Origin: Amoebidium appalachense | Lineage: Eukaryota > Protista > Ichthyosporea | Direction: 5' to 3' | DNA: 64,000 nucleotides | NCBI GenBank assembly: GCA_963693365.1 | Contig: CAVNZM010000014.1 | Span: 5,952,001-6,016,000 of the forward strand | Shown: piece after piece, positions 24,900 to 62,800 of the stretch | How positions within the stretch are numbered: the first letter of the stretch is position 1 | Layout: each line of letters starts with the position of its first letter | Program-made: the position numbers and the translations under genes | The notes under the pieces: model-generated | Databases searched by the model: none | Told to the model about the DNA's origin: nothing | The model's input: only the letters and a program-made list of their open reading frames with translations

Positions 24900-25150
24900 C
24901 CATCATGTGTAACTCGAAACAGCATTTAATTGGCTAAACCGGTATCAAGATCTATTCCAAGATCGCAAAGGCAAAGAAGCCAATCGGATGGCTCAAGCAC
25001 TTACGCAAACTGAAAATAGAATTTAAGTAAACCAATCATAGTCACATAATGTTACCTATCTATGGGAATTAAAATTGTGTAGTTGTGATTGGTCTAAACG
25101 GTATCAGAATCACATAGTTGGGCAAGGGTGGGCCGCATGCGCACCAGCGG
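24900..25150. promoter_or_regulatory. Putative bidirectional promoter with CCAAT boxes
   Basis: Lies between the divergent GT14 (-) and ankyrin (+) genes; ATTGG at 24929 and 25088, CCAAT at 24980 and 25032; free of microsatellites. Confidence 0.5.
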
Positions 25151-26206
25151 CTCAGTGTTCTCTGTTCAGTTGCCAGAAACCAGAAACGTAGACTTGCCCT
25201 TTGCGTTTCTTGAAAACAAGAAACAGAACTGATTTTCAAAACCACCTTTTGAAGCGGTAAATAGACACAGGTAACGTAGGTTACTACAACAAAGGTACAG
25301 CACAAGAATTTATTAGTCTAGGTCCTACAAAACCGTTCTTGTCCGAATTGGCCGTTCTGGAAAACGTAAGGAAATCTACCCGAAATATATCATACACCTT
25401 TTGAGGCGTTTTTTACGGCAAGAAAAGATCGTGCAGGCTTTTGCAGACCACACCCGGCTGTTGGACAAACAACTACGTCTCCAACATCACACGTGGAATA
25501 GGTATGTAATGCCCTGTCCATTGCACCCTTCCTTTGGGAGTCTGACAACCACTCCGGACTATTAAGACTTTATGCACCAGAAAGCCTCACTTAATGCACA
25601 CCACATACAGCAAGATTATTGTATTATATATAATATTCATCTTCCAACTACTCTGATTTTTTTGGTGTTCGCCTTTGTTAACGTCTTGTTCTGTTCATCT
25701 CTCCCAAGAAATTCACGTGGTTACCGGCCCCGATTAGAGGACACTTTGTCAATATCTTTACTAATAAAATTGTCCCCATGATAGACATGTAGGCACGAGG
25801 GAGAAATGGGGGTCAAACACACACTGTTATCGATTTTTACTCGCGAATTTGTCTAAATATTGACTATTATGCAGTGTGATACAGCTGAGTTTCTCGTGTT
25901 TGGAAATGGCTGGGGATGTGGGATGGGCTGTGCAAGTCAACCTTTTTTCTTCTTTTACTTTTATTTTCTTTCATCTGTTTCCCGTGTGTTTCATTGGAGA
26001 AGGGGAGAGGTCGAGGGGGAGAAAGGAAAACGGGGGGGAGGAGGGGGGGGGGGGGGGGGGGGGGAGGAAGGGAGTGAGAGGGACATATCTGTTTGATTTG
26101 TTTCTTTCAAAATTTACAAGCAGTCGTGAAATTAAATTCAAACAAAGTACGTCATTACTAACAGCGAACTTCTCGTGCATTGCAGCAGGCTCTCTCGTTC
26201 ATCACA

Positions 26207-33560
<7,354 letters not shown>

Positions 33561-34199
33561 ATCCTCTAAGGAGCAACGGATGAAGGGAATTGGTGCTGGG
33601 GCGCCTTTGAATAGGGTTGCAATTGGCAGAAGGTATGCACATAGGAGGGCCTCCATGCTGAGTTTAAACTTTATTTCTATACACTTGACATAAAATAAAA
33701 AGGCTGCAACTAAATGCTAATAAAGATTTTCCAAGTGTGCCCCCAGTGTGTGCCTGTGTGTGTGCACGCGGTGGGGAGACTGGAGACGAGTGCCGCCCAC
33801 GCCCGCAAAGGAAAGGGACTCACCCACCCCACCCCAAAGGATGGCATAACGATGTATATTATAATCATTGGAGAAACATAACCTGGTCATAAAATAGTAT
33901 TATGATTTCGCAGCGGTTTACACACAAGTCCCCAAAACGTTAACTATGAAGGCTACTTCTTGCAATTCTTGATCACCTCAAACCCAGGCTACACGCTCCG
34001 GTCATATGCTCGAGGCCTCCCCCTCCCCCCCCCCTTCCCCCCCCCCCCCCCTCCCCCGCCCTCCCCCCGGGAGCCCCCCGGGCCTTCCCCTCCCCTTTGC
34101 GGGTGTGGGTGGGACTAGTCTATAGTCTTCCCAGCACGTGCACACACAGGCGCACACTTTCACACGCATTTGATTCACACACCCCTGCACACACATGTA

Positions 34200-34403
34200 C
34201 CACACGTGCTTTAATTTTTATTTCTACTTTTTCCCGTTTTGTTCCCGGAGGGACCACTAAGGGGGGCCTCATAGGAACTACCATCTTCCACCCAGCACCG
34301 ACCATACCCTAGCTAGGGTGCTAAAGGTGCCATTAGCTAAGCTAACACACCATTACCAAGCCTAACTATCTCTACACACACAGCCCTGGGTCTTCAACCC
34401 AGC

Positions 34404-34487
<84 letters not shown>

Positions 34488-34703
34488 CCTCCCCCCCCCC
34501 CCCTCCCCCCCCTCCCCCCACGGGTAGAAAGATAGCAATTATTTGCTTAGTACTTTCTGGCAAACAATGCGTGGGGAGTGGCTGCCTGGCAGGGGAAGAA
34601 AACAAAGAGGTTTCTTTCTTTTTTTTTTTTTTTTTTTTTTTGGGGGGGGGGGGGGGAGGGAGGGGGGGAACAAAGGTGGGAAAGGGGTGCTGTGTGTGTG
34701 TGT

Positions 34704-34749
<46 letters not shown>

Positions 34750-35021
34750 AGGGGGGGGTCATGGTTTTAACTAAGACGCCATGTAATAAATACTGTCTTT
34801 GCATCACTCCCATGGTTCCACACACAGATTTTTTTATTACTTTTTTTTCCCGTTTTGTCCCCGGAGGTACCCCTGGGCACCCCAGAGGAATATTACCGGC
34901 GTCTTTCCACCCAGCACCCACTATACTCTAGCTAGGGTGCTACGGTGCCATTAGCTAAGTTAACCATCACCAATCCTAGCTTACGTTTGTACACACTTAG
35001 CCCAGGGTCTTCACCCTAGCC
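34200..35021. repeat. Two diverged ~200-bp direct repeats (34200-34404 and 34817-35021)
   Basis: Shared TTTTTCCCGTTTTGT.CCCGGAGG, TTCCACCCAGCACC, CTAGCTAGGGTGCTA, GGTGCCATTAGCTAAG and GGGTCTTCA. Confidence 0.85.
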
Positions 35022-35283
35022 TCCCCGGTGGGTATTCCACACATAGATAGAGACATGGCACTTCCAGATAGAAACAGACGAGAGCGGGGGAGGGAAAGGG
35101 GAGGGGAGGGGGGGGGAGGAGGGGGGGGGAGGGAGGGGGGGGGGGGGGAGGGGGGGGGGGGGGCATTGGCCCATGTACGGCGGCAGTAGGTACGTTTTGC
35201 ATATCATCTGACCGCATGCACATTAGAGACATCACCGTCCAGCAAAGTTGAATTTTCAAAACCTATCGGGTTGTTAGTCTATG

Positions 35284-35402
35284 AGAAGCAGAATTATTGA
35301 GAAGCACTGAATAATTCTGCTTCTAGCGAGATAAATCTGCTGAGGAGCAGAATAATACTGCTGTCTGTAGAATAATTTTGCTTTTGCAGAATGATTCTGC
35401 TT
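35284..35402. repeat. Cluster of palindromic GCAGAAT(A/T)ATT(C)TGC-type motifs
   Basis: A perfect 15-bp inverted repeat AGAAGCAGAATTATT...AATAATTCTGCTTCT followed by several degenerate copies. Confidence 0.75.
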
Positions 35403-35629
35403 TTTCCGCTAAAAGCAAAGTTCAGTTAGCGATGGATGGGTCCTTCCACCCTGTTTCCGGGTAGCCCCCGCCCTCCCTCCGGAGGCACCGTCCCTCTCTT
35501 TTCTTCCCACACGTTCTATCTATCTATCTCCCCCTCCCTCCCTGCTATTCTTCTTTGATTTCCTTCCCCGCTCCAGGCTCCGTGTCTGTTCACTCAAGAA
35601 ACCCCCATACGAAGAAATTTATATCGCTC

Positions 35630-35788
35630 TCTCTATCTCTTTCTCTCTTCCTCCCCCCCCCCTTCCCCTCGGCCTCCCTCCAACACTCCTTTCTCTCTCT
35701 CCCTCCCTGTCTCTCTCTCTCTCTGTCTCTCCCCCTCCCTCTCTCCCTCCCTCCCTCCCTCCCTCCCTCCCTCCCTCCCTCCCTCCCT

Positions 35789-35821
<33 letters not shown>

Positions 35822-35890
35822 CGCCACCCCCCCCCTCTCTCTCTGCCTCTCTCTCTCTCTCTCCTTCTCTATCCCTCCCTCCCTCCCTCT

Positions 35891-35945
<55 letters not shown>

Positions 35946-35985
35946 ACTCACTCACTCTCTCACTCTCTCTCTCTCACTCTCTCTC

Positions 35986-36061
<76 letters not shown>

Positions 36062-36285
36062 GTCTCTCCCTCCCTCCCTCGGGAGCTCCCCTCCCCCTCC
36101 TCTCTCTCTCCCTCTCTCTCTGCCCCCCCCCACCTCTCTCTCTTTCTTCCCCCCACCCTCTCTTCCCCCCCCCCTTCCCCCCCCCCCCTCTCTGCTGCCC
36201 CCCCCCCCCACCCCCTCCCCGCCCCCCCTCCCCCTCCCCCCCCCCCCTCCCCCCCCCCCCCCCCCCCCCCCCCGCCCCCCCCCCC
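35630..36285. repeat. Long polypyrimidine (CT)n/(CCCT)n/poly-C tract
   Basis: About 650 bp that is almost purely C/T on the + strand. Confidence 0.95.
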
Positions 36286-38212
36286 GTGTTTGGCACGTCG
36301 ACGACCAGTGTATATATATACGCATGCTATTATTTTTGGGTAACATGTTGCCGAACACGATCTACTCTGTGAATGATTTGTGGTACAGGTAGCCTGTACG
36401 GGCGCCAGTCTGACTCCTTCGCACCACATATGGAATATCATTTCTATTTGCCAGTGACGATTTGCGCCAAGGCCGGCTATTTGGAGGACTGTCGTAGGCG
36501 TCTCGAAAGACTCAGCAACGTGCGATGCAAAAAAGTCTGTATTTAAAGACTCTGTCACAAAAATAGCATAATTTACAAAAATTATATTTCTTACAACATA
36601 TACAATCGCTTTGATTCCCAATCGTGAGCCACTGTGATTTGCTGATCGGCGTTTTCTCAACACATAACTTCGAGCGCTTGGCTACGAGTGGCTACAACAG
36701 AGAATGGGAGGGGGGAGCTCGAGTCATGACGACATTTTTTTAGGGAGAGTATGTATGGATTATTATGGGCCTAACTGCAAAGTATAGCACATAGGGAGGG
36801 ATACGGCAAGGGTAGATGCTAAGGAAGTTGAAACTCCGTTTTGAGGCGTGTTGGACTCTGCTGAAATCTTAGAGCACACGAGCAGCGAGAGGGGGGTCCG
36901 TCCGACTAACTTGTCCGTGTGCGTTCAAGGTTGCGAAGGTATGGAAAGGCCTACAAGCGCACGCACATGCACACGTAAACGCACACGCACACCGCACGCA
37001 CACGCACACGCACACGTACGCACACGCACATGCACACACACGCACACACGTGCACACACGCACACTCACACATACAAGTGGGGAAAGGAACGGTGGGTGG
37101 TTGGAGGGAGGGGTTGGGGGGAGGGGAGGGGAGGGTAGGGAGATTAATGTGCCTGTTGTGGCGAGTATTGGGCTATGCGAGCATGCAAGCAGAAAGCAAC
37201 ATCATCCCTTGAATAGCCGCTGGTACTTGCATGCACATCCCTCTAGCTACGAACACGCAACTACCTTCTTTCATTGGTGTGGGACCTATTGTTCATATGC
37301 ATAAATTACAGATCATTCCGGTCTTCAGAGATAGACTTTTGCTATTCGAAACGTTTTTAGGTGAAACATAGGTACATTGGGAGGGCACGTGAAATACATG
37401 AGTGCCACTTTTTTTTGTGTTGCCGAGCGTGCAAATTATCATTTACGTAGCAGGAGTTTTTAGATTCATCGCGTGAGGCCGTGCGCTCATTGACGGAGAG
37501 TGGATGTGCTGATGGCAAAGGGGGAGGGAGGGGGGGGGGGAGATGGTTGATGCGTGTGTGGAGGCTAGACAGTGCAGAAGGCAGACAAGTGGAGATGAAG
37601 GGTGTGCGGTAGGCGGGAAGCAGGGGAGGGGAGGAGGAGGGGGGAGGGGTGGGGGGGTACAGGGAGGGGGCACAGAGATGAAGGAGGTAGGATGATAATG
37701 GCCTAAAAGTTGTTGTTATTTTATTAATATTGTTATTACTATTATAATCATTATTATTGTTATCGTTACTATCATTAATACTATTAGTGTTATTATCATC
37801 AACATCATTATTGCTGGCGGAGGGGGGTGGGGGAGGGGGGGGGGGGGGGGAGTGGGGAGTACAGGTTGACGGGCTGGGGAAGAGAAAATGGGCAGGGGAA
37901 GAGGTGGGATGAGAGGGGAAGGGTGGATTAGAGGGGGTGGTAGACACGGCAGAGCTTTGTTGTTCTTGGGTTCACTTTTCTTCTTTTCTTCCGTTCGTTC
38001 GTTCGTTCCTCCCCCCTCTTCCTCCCGCTTTTTTTTATTGGTTTGGCGTGTGTGTGTTCAGAAGGGGAGGGAGGGAGGTGGGATGGGGGTGGAGGGGAGG
38101 GAGGGGGGGGGGGGGGGGGGAATAAGAGCAACGCTTGCGTTAGGAGGGCGTCATCATGTGATTGGGTGGTTTTCTGCGAGCGGGTCATGGTTGTGTTGTG
38201 GGTCTGTGTGTG

Positions 38213-38243
<31 letters not shown>

Positions 38244-38807
38244 GCGGAGAGAGCAGGACAGGGGAGGGAGGGGAGGGGCTCTCTGTTTATGTCTCTCTCT
38301 CTTTCTCCCTCGCCTTCTCTCTCTCTCTCTCTCTCTCTTTCTTTTGGGGGAAGGGGGAAAGGGAGGAGGGGGGCTTGGGCACAAAACGGGGGTGCGACGG
38401 GGGAGGGGGGTGGGTCGGGGGGGGGGGGGGGGGTACAACGAAGATGCTATCTTAACACTGTGTGTGTTATAAGAACTGCTCCCCCCCCCCCCCCCCCCTC
38501 CCCCCCCCCCCCCCGCCTTTGAAAAAAGGGGAGGGCAAAAAAAGAGGAAAGAAAGAAAGAAACCCCATTTGCACCTATTTCTTCGCCTTCACCCCGACCC
38601 CGTTTTCCCGGGTTTCTGCCCAATGGGCTCATACCGAAAGTGTGCACCAACCTGTCTCCTGGACTCTGATCACGTTTGAGATCTGGGAGATCAAACTCTC
38701 GTAGCATGTGTGTTTACGCGTTTTGTTTTGTGTATGTATATTTGGGTGCTTACGTGTGTGTTTCTTTACACGTGCCACCACCCCGTACTCACAGTTGCAT
38801 TTTGCAG

Positions 38808-56556
<17,749 letters not shown>

Positions 56557-57433
56557 CAAGGAGGGGGAAAAAACTCTGTTTTGGTCGAGGCATGGGAGCA
56601 CTCCTGATGATAGGTTTATAGTTCAATTCTAGCTACGTATTTTTCTTTGGTTTCCAAATGCATTTTCTTTTCTGATTCTTTATTTATGTCTTCGCTCCCG
56701 TGCGAATCCCGACCCCCTCCCTCCCTCTCATCCCCAACCTTAGGTCCCACCAAAATCATATAACCATGCCAGCACATATGCACTTGGGCACATAGTCTGT
56801 ATCCTTATTTCTTATGGTTATTTCTCCTTGGGAGGGGGGGGAGGGGGGAGGGAGGGAGGGGGGAGGGGGGGGGGGGGGGCAGCGCGAACACGCGCGCACA
56901 CTCATACGCCCACACACACGTGCACATCGGTGTGTACCCGCGTACCCGCGCATACATGTGCACGCGCGCGCACACACACGCATGCCAGCGTGCATGCGTT
57001 CACGCCGTTTGTTTCATGAATTCATTTACGCAAGTAAGAAACGACAGCGCTATTTGATGTAACTAAATCAGCTTTTATGATGCATTTTCGGGTAGGTGTG
57101 GTGAGGGTTCAATAGAAAGGTATCATCACACTTACACACGTTTACGAATGAAAACTACATAGAAAGTATGTCGCTTATATGTGTTAATGTAATGTGATAT
57201 AGGTTTAGTTGTGGGTGTAGGCAATGTAAGAACGATTTTTCCCCCAGGCCTTGCTTAGTTGTCAGCGGAGGGAGAGATTTTGAGCATATATATATATAGG
57301 CACAGTTAAATGTGTGGCTCTGTGGTCGGTGTGAATGTGTGGGTTGAAACCCGTCGATAATGTGTGTAGGTCTGCTTACTGGATCCCCCAGCGGACCAAT
57401 TATATAATAAACCCGAATGCACAAATACCATTT

Positions 57434-57480
<47 letters not shown>

Positions 57481-58510
57481 ATCGTGTGCAGGGAGAGATG
57501 TTGAGGGACGTGGAAAGAGCGGGGGGGGGGGGGGGGGGGGGGGAAGAGAGAGAGAGCCTCAGAGAGAAAGAAGGAGAGGCACCCACACACCCACACACCC
57601 ACACACGTGCACACGCACGGACACACGCGCACACGCACATGTACACACATCTAAGCACAGCACGTGATCCACGTACATGTGGCCAGGGCAGGACACACAA
57701 CAGGTCAATGACCTATATTGAATTTGGAGTTTTACACTTTGCTCTTATGCATGCATACAGATGTACAACTAAACGTTCACCTGCTTTTTGGGATGTGTTA
57801 CTATGCTGCCTGCGGCTTGCACAGAACTGCAAACACACGGATACATTTTAACTTCAGTACTGTAAAAACCTACTTAACGCGTGGAATGTCACATTGCCAA
57901 ACTAGTCCTGGTTATGACATTACACGATTTTGTGTGACTTGGTTGCACTTGCACGTGTTTTGCTTGAGACTATGTGCCTTGTAATGGTCTTTTTGATATG
58001 TACAGGTTCATTGCGTGTCTTTTCTAATACATGGTAAGCGTAAAACGCAGCTAAGTTAATCCTGGGCCATACTGATCTCACTGCACCGTCAGTACATCTA
58101 CGCCATTAGCGATATAAACCATAAGGCACCGGCATATATTTACTGAGTCTCATGCACGTGCACATGTAGCCAGTTAGGCAAGATCTGTGAGCGTAACAAT
58201 AAACAAGAAATATTATGATGGATGAACAAACGCTGCATGCAATAAAACCAATTAATGTCGTCCTAACCACATCCGGTATGGTGCGCTACACAAACTGCAA
58301 TCGACTCATCCAAAGGCAACGCCTGCCCGTATGTAAGGTATGCTGACTATTGCATGAGCCCGAGTCTCCTCACCCTCTCGCTGCATAGTTTGTGTTAGGA
58401 GATGAGCAAATGTATGCGAGGTTATATTCCCCCCCCCCCCCTCTCCGCGGAGGGAAAAAAAGAGAAAGCGAGACAAAAGCAACACACAATCGTGCGTACA
58501 AACACACACA

Positions 58511-58545
<35 letters not shown>

Positions 58546-58615
58546 CATACACACTGTGCATGCACCCACTGACATAAACATACTGCACACAATGATTCGT
58601 GAGGACTTATGGATT

Positions 58616-58765
58616 AGTGGATAGGTCTAGGCATATAGCCGAGGTTTTCAGGAGTGGATAGGTCTAGGCACATAGCCAAGGTTTTAATGAGTGGATAGGT
58701 CTAGGCACATAGCCGAGGTTTTAAGGATAAGGAGTGGATAGGTCTAGGCACATAGCCAAGGTTTT
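58616..58765. repeat. Four-copy 33-bp tandem repeat AGTGGATAGGTCTAGGCACATAGCCRAGGTTTT
   Basis: Near-identical units separated by linkers of 4, 4 and 10 nt. Confidence 0.9.
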
Positions 58766-58888
58766 ATAGAGAATCGAATCCACGGGTGGATGAGAGTTAT
58801 TAGGAAGTGACATCGTGTATCTAATATTAGGATGCGGGACGTGCGTGTTTACGCGCAAGTTTATCATAATGATTCAATCGCATAGCTA

Positions 58889-59004
58889 TCAGGGAAGGGA
58901 TTTCATGGGGTGCATGTGTCTCGAAGGACCACGATATCTTTCCTTTTTTTTTTTTTTTTTTTTGGTCTCTAAGTGGCAGTGGTAGTTGTGGTGGTGGGAG
59001 TGGA

Positions 59005-59041
<37 letters not shown>

Positions 59042-59789
59042 AGAAGGGGCAAAGAGTTTATCTATGATTCGAGAGAAATGTGTCCTTGTAAGAATGAGCA
59101 TACTTCATATATAGAGGGCCCGCTGCAGTTCAGAGATTATATACGAAGGGAGGGTGGAGGACGGGGAGGGGGGTCCCGTAACCATGCCGGGGGGGGGGGG
59201 GGGGGGGGGGGGGGTTGTAAACACGGGGGGGGGGGGGGGGGGGAGGGGGGCACATACTTGAGAGAGTCCATGTTGGCAATAAGAGCAGTCAGGCGGGAAT
59301 GAGCTTTAATGCAGTCGGGACACCCAACACACGGCCGAAGGGGTCTATGGGCGGAATTTGGAATGGCTCTTGCCGATAAAGGAAGATCCGCGGATTTTGG
59401 GCGGGTGTAGGGGGACATGCGAGGAGTTTTACGCCCGGGGCCGGCTGCCGGAGCACTCTTATGGTTGTCTGTGTTGGGTGTATGGGGGAAGATATAAGAT
59501 GCAGTGAGCAATCTCTGGCTGGGAAGGTCCCAGAAATTCCCCTCCCCCCCCCCCCCCCCCCCCCCTACCCCACAAGCTTCAACGTACAGGATGTGATTGG
59601 CCCCGGGCTCCCCCCCCCCCAAAAAAAACAAAAAAAACAAACAAAAAAACAGCATCATCAATCCCCCGGGTCCTTCCCCAGCCCATACCTATCACCAGGC
59701 TGAGAAAGATGGAAAGGGAGGGGGACACCATGGGCAAGCAGGCGGGCGGGCGGGCGGGCGAGCAGGGGAGGGAGGAGGGGGCGGCGGGG

Positions 59790-59836
<47 letters not shown>

Positions 59837-62800
59837 GGGGGAGCGCGACAAGTTCCATCAAGAGGTAGGTGCATAGTCGTAGGAATGAAAAGGAAGGAAA
59901 AGGGAATAGCGCAACAAAAGGACGGCTGGGGTAAAAAAAAGAATAAAACCGACCCTCCCATATTTGAAACACACGACTGACAGTCGCTGGGAGCAGCGCA
60001 ACTATGAGTCATGTGCCTGGGCAGGGGATACCTCTGGGATTGGGCCTATCTATCGGCACAGAAGTCGAGATGGGAGCAGGTGATTGGTTGGAGCCGTTGC
60101 ACCTGCGACTGCGAGGGAAGAGGAAGGAAGAGATGAGTGGGAGAATAAGAGGGAGAGATGAGGGGCGGGGTGGGGGTGGGGGTGGGGTGGGGGAGGACGG
60201 GGATTGAGGGAGGGGGAGGGGGTGAGAAGCGGGTGGGGGTGGGTGGGTCGGTGGGTGGGTGGTGGTGGGGGGGGGGGGGGAGAAGGGGGCAGCGAGTGGC
60301 GATGTAGCGAGTGGCGATGTAAGTGGTGTCTAGGTAGGGCCAAGGGAAGGAAACTCAAAGATAATACGGAGGGATTTCGGTGTATTTTTGTGGAAGGACT
60401 TGTAGGCAGAAGCGAAAATACGCTCAAATGGGAAGAGCTCCGGGAGATAGGTGTGTGTGTGTGTGTGTGTTTGGGGGGAGGGGGGTGGGGAGGCATGGGA
60501 AGAGGGGAGTGGGGGCTTAAGGCACCTCGGGGAAGGTGGGGTAGGGAAGGGAGGATAAGCCGGGAGGGGGAAAGGGGAGAGTGGGGGAAGGGAGAAGAGA
60601 GGGGGGGGCTACTGTCTCGTTCTGTCTGACACTGGTGTTCACAATTTGGTGAGGGGGGGGGCATCGCCTGACAAGGGAGGGGAAGGGGGAGGGGATCTGA
60701 ACACCAGGGGGGTCACAAGGTAGTATGTGTATGTGTGCCCGAAGGGAGGGGGAGGGGGGGAGGGGGGGGGGGGGGGGGGGGGGGGACAGGGGTGAGGAAG
60801 CACATTGAGCAAAAATGTTACAAAGGAAAGAATGAGCCCGGGGAGAACCTAGGAGAGGGGGGGGGGGGGGGGGGGGGGCGATCAGGAGGGGGGCGGAGGG
60901 GAGGGGAGGGGGGAGGGAGGTGGGAACTTACATGGTGTTTTCATGTGGGGGCTGGATCCAGTCTGTATCGGAGAAGTAACAAAGACTGTCCAGGGCAGCA
61001 TCCAACTCCATTTGAGACTCGGTGGCTCCCACTAGCAAATCATGAGAATCTAGAGTGGTGGTGGTGGTGGTGTTATGCACAAACGACGTTTGGTGGGTGG
61101 TGTCGGTGGTGGTGGTGTTGGTTTGGGCCAACGAAGTTTCTTGGGTTGTGGTGATGGCGGCGGGGTTACCCGTTGCGATTGGATTGGTAACAGTGGTCTC
61201 GATTTGCGCAAATGATGCTGGATGGGCGGTGGCCGGGATGATGGGTGGCGGGGATGGGACGGTGTCTGAAACAGTGAAAGTGAGATCGAGAGTGGAGGTG
61301 ACATTGGATAAGATGGATGGTGTAGGTGAGGGTGAGGAGAAAGAGTGGGTAGGGGTGGCTGTGGTAGGGATAGGTGGGGTGAGCTCGGTGGGAGAGGGCT
61401 TGTGTGTTGGAAAGGTGTGTGGTTCTGTATTGAGTTTTGTGGAGCCGGTGGTGGTGACGGCGGTAGTGGTGGTGGTGGTGGTGGGAGACTGGATGGTGTT
61501 GGTGATGGTGGTATCGAATTGAGAGATTTCGTTGGTTTGGTGGCCGATTTGGGGTGCAGACGTGTAGAATTGGGAGTGGAATTCGGAGTTGGTGGTAGGT
61601 TGGTGGGGAATGTGCTTGGGGTGGAGCGATAAAGTGAGCGTGGGTTCTTGTTGGTCGGTGGGGCTGGACGGGTTGTCTCGTGCACGTGGGGGGACACTGT
61701 GGGTGTGAGAATGTGAGTGTTTGGACTCGGTGGTTTTCTGATGGGTTGGGCTCGTATATGCGGTGGGATTGGGGGTTGATGGCAATCGTGAACGTGATTG
61801 GTGGATTTCTAAGGAGGGAAATTGATTGGATGGATTAAGTGTATGCACTATGCAGGCCTTTTGATTGGTGGAAGAATGGGAACTGGAAGTAATTGAAGGG
61901 TTTCAAAGATCTTCGTACTCATTCTCTTGCCACAGTAAAGCTTTAAGCAAAGACTTTATCCAATTCACAGTCTTCTCTCTGTATACCCTCCCTCCCACGA
62001 GAGCTCCCCTCCCGGTTTTTCCATCCTCCTTCTTTCCACTAACCCTACACTATGATTTGCACTTTAGGCGCCTGTTTTTCCTAGCATGCTCCCACTCGAT
62101 AATTCCTTCCCACAACAAGCAAGGAAAAGATACTAGAACCACTCATAAGAAAAATAGCACGGAGTCAGAATTGGTGAATGAAAGGATTAATTCTGTCATG
62201 AAAAAAAGTGCTTAGGTCCCCCCCCCCCCCCCCTCCCCCCCCCCCCCCCCCCCCCCCCCTCCCCTTCCCTCCCCTCCCCCTTCCCTACCACCCTTTACCC
62301 CCCCCCCCCCCCCCCCCCCCTCCTCGTCCTCCTCCGGCCCTGCGGAGGGGAGGGGGTGGGGGTGGGTGTGTGTGTGTGTGGGGGGGGGGGGGGGGCTAAT
62401 ACCCATCTATGTAGGGTTCGTTGTGATGGCCTACCACTTGCACTCCCACGTGCTCGTTCAAATCCAACTCCATGTCTGCAACATCTAGAAGCTCAGAAGA
62501 TACATATGAGCTTGCTGGAAAGAAACCCTCGCTCGGTTCCTCTGTGTGCATGTGCGACAGCGTTGGAGTGGAGAGCGGTGTTTCGGGCACCATTTCAACA
62601 CAGTCGACTTCCTTATCCACAGGTGTACACAAGGTGAATGTAGGTTCAGTGGGGGGTTCGTTCGGTTCTGAAATTTCCACGCTCTCGGCGCAATTTTCGA
62701 TGGTGACGATGTTTGCTTCCGCTGGGGGTGTGGTGGGTGGGTGTAGAGACGGTTCGACCGTGTGTGCCTGCGCCTGCGAAGCATGGTCGAGGGTGTTTTC

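Noticed and set aside
37700-37815. Asn-rich minus-strand ORF
   Set aside because: A degenerate (ATT)n/(TTG)n microsatellite with no supporting gene structure.
58616-58765. CRISPR-like array of 33-bp repeats
   Set aside because: Linkers are only 4-10 nt, there are no cas genes, and the context is eukaryotic.
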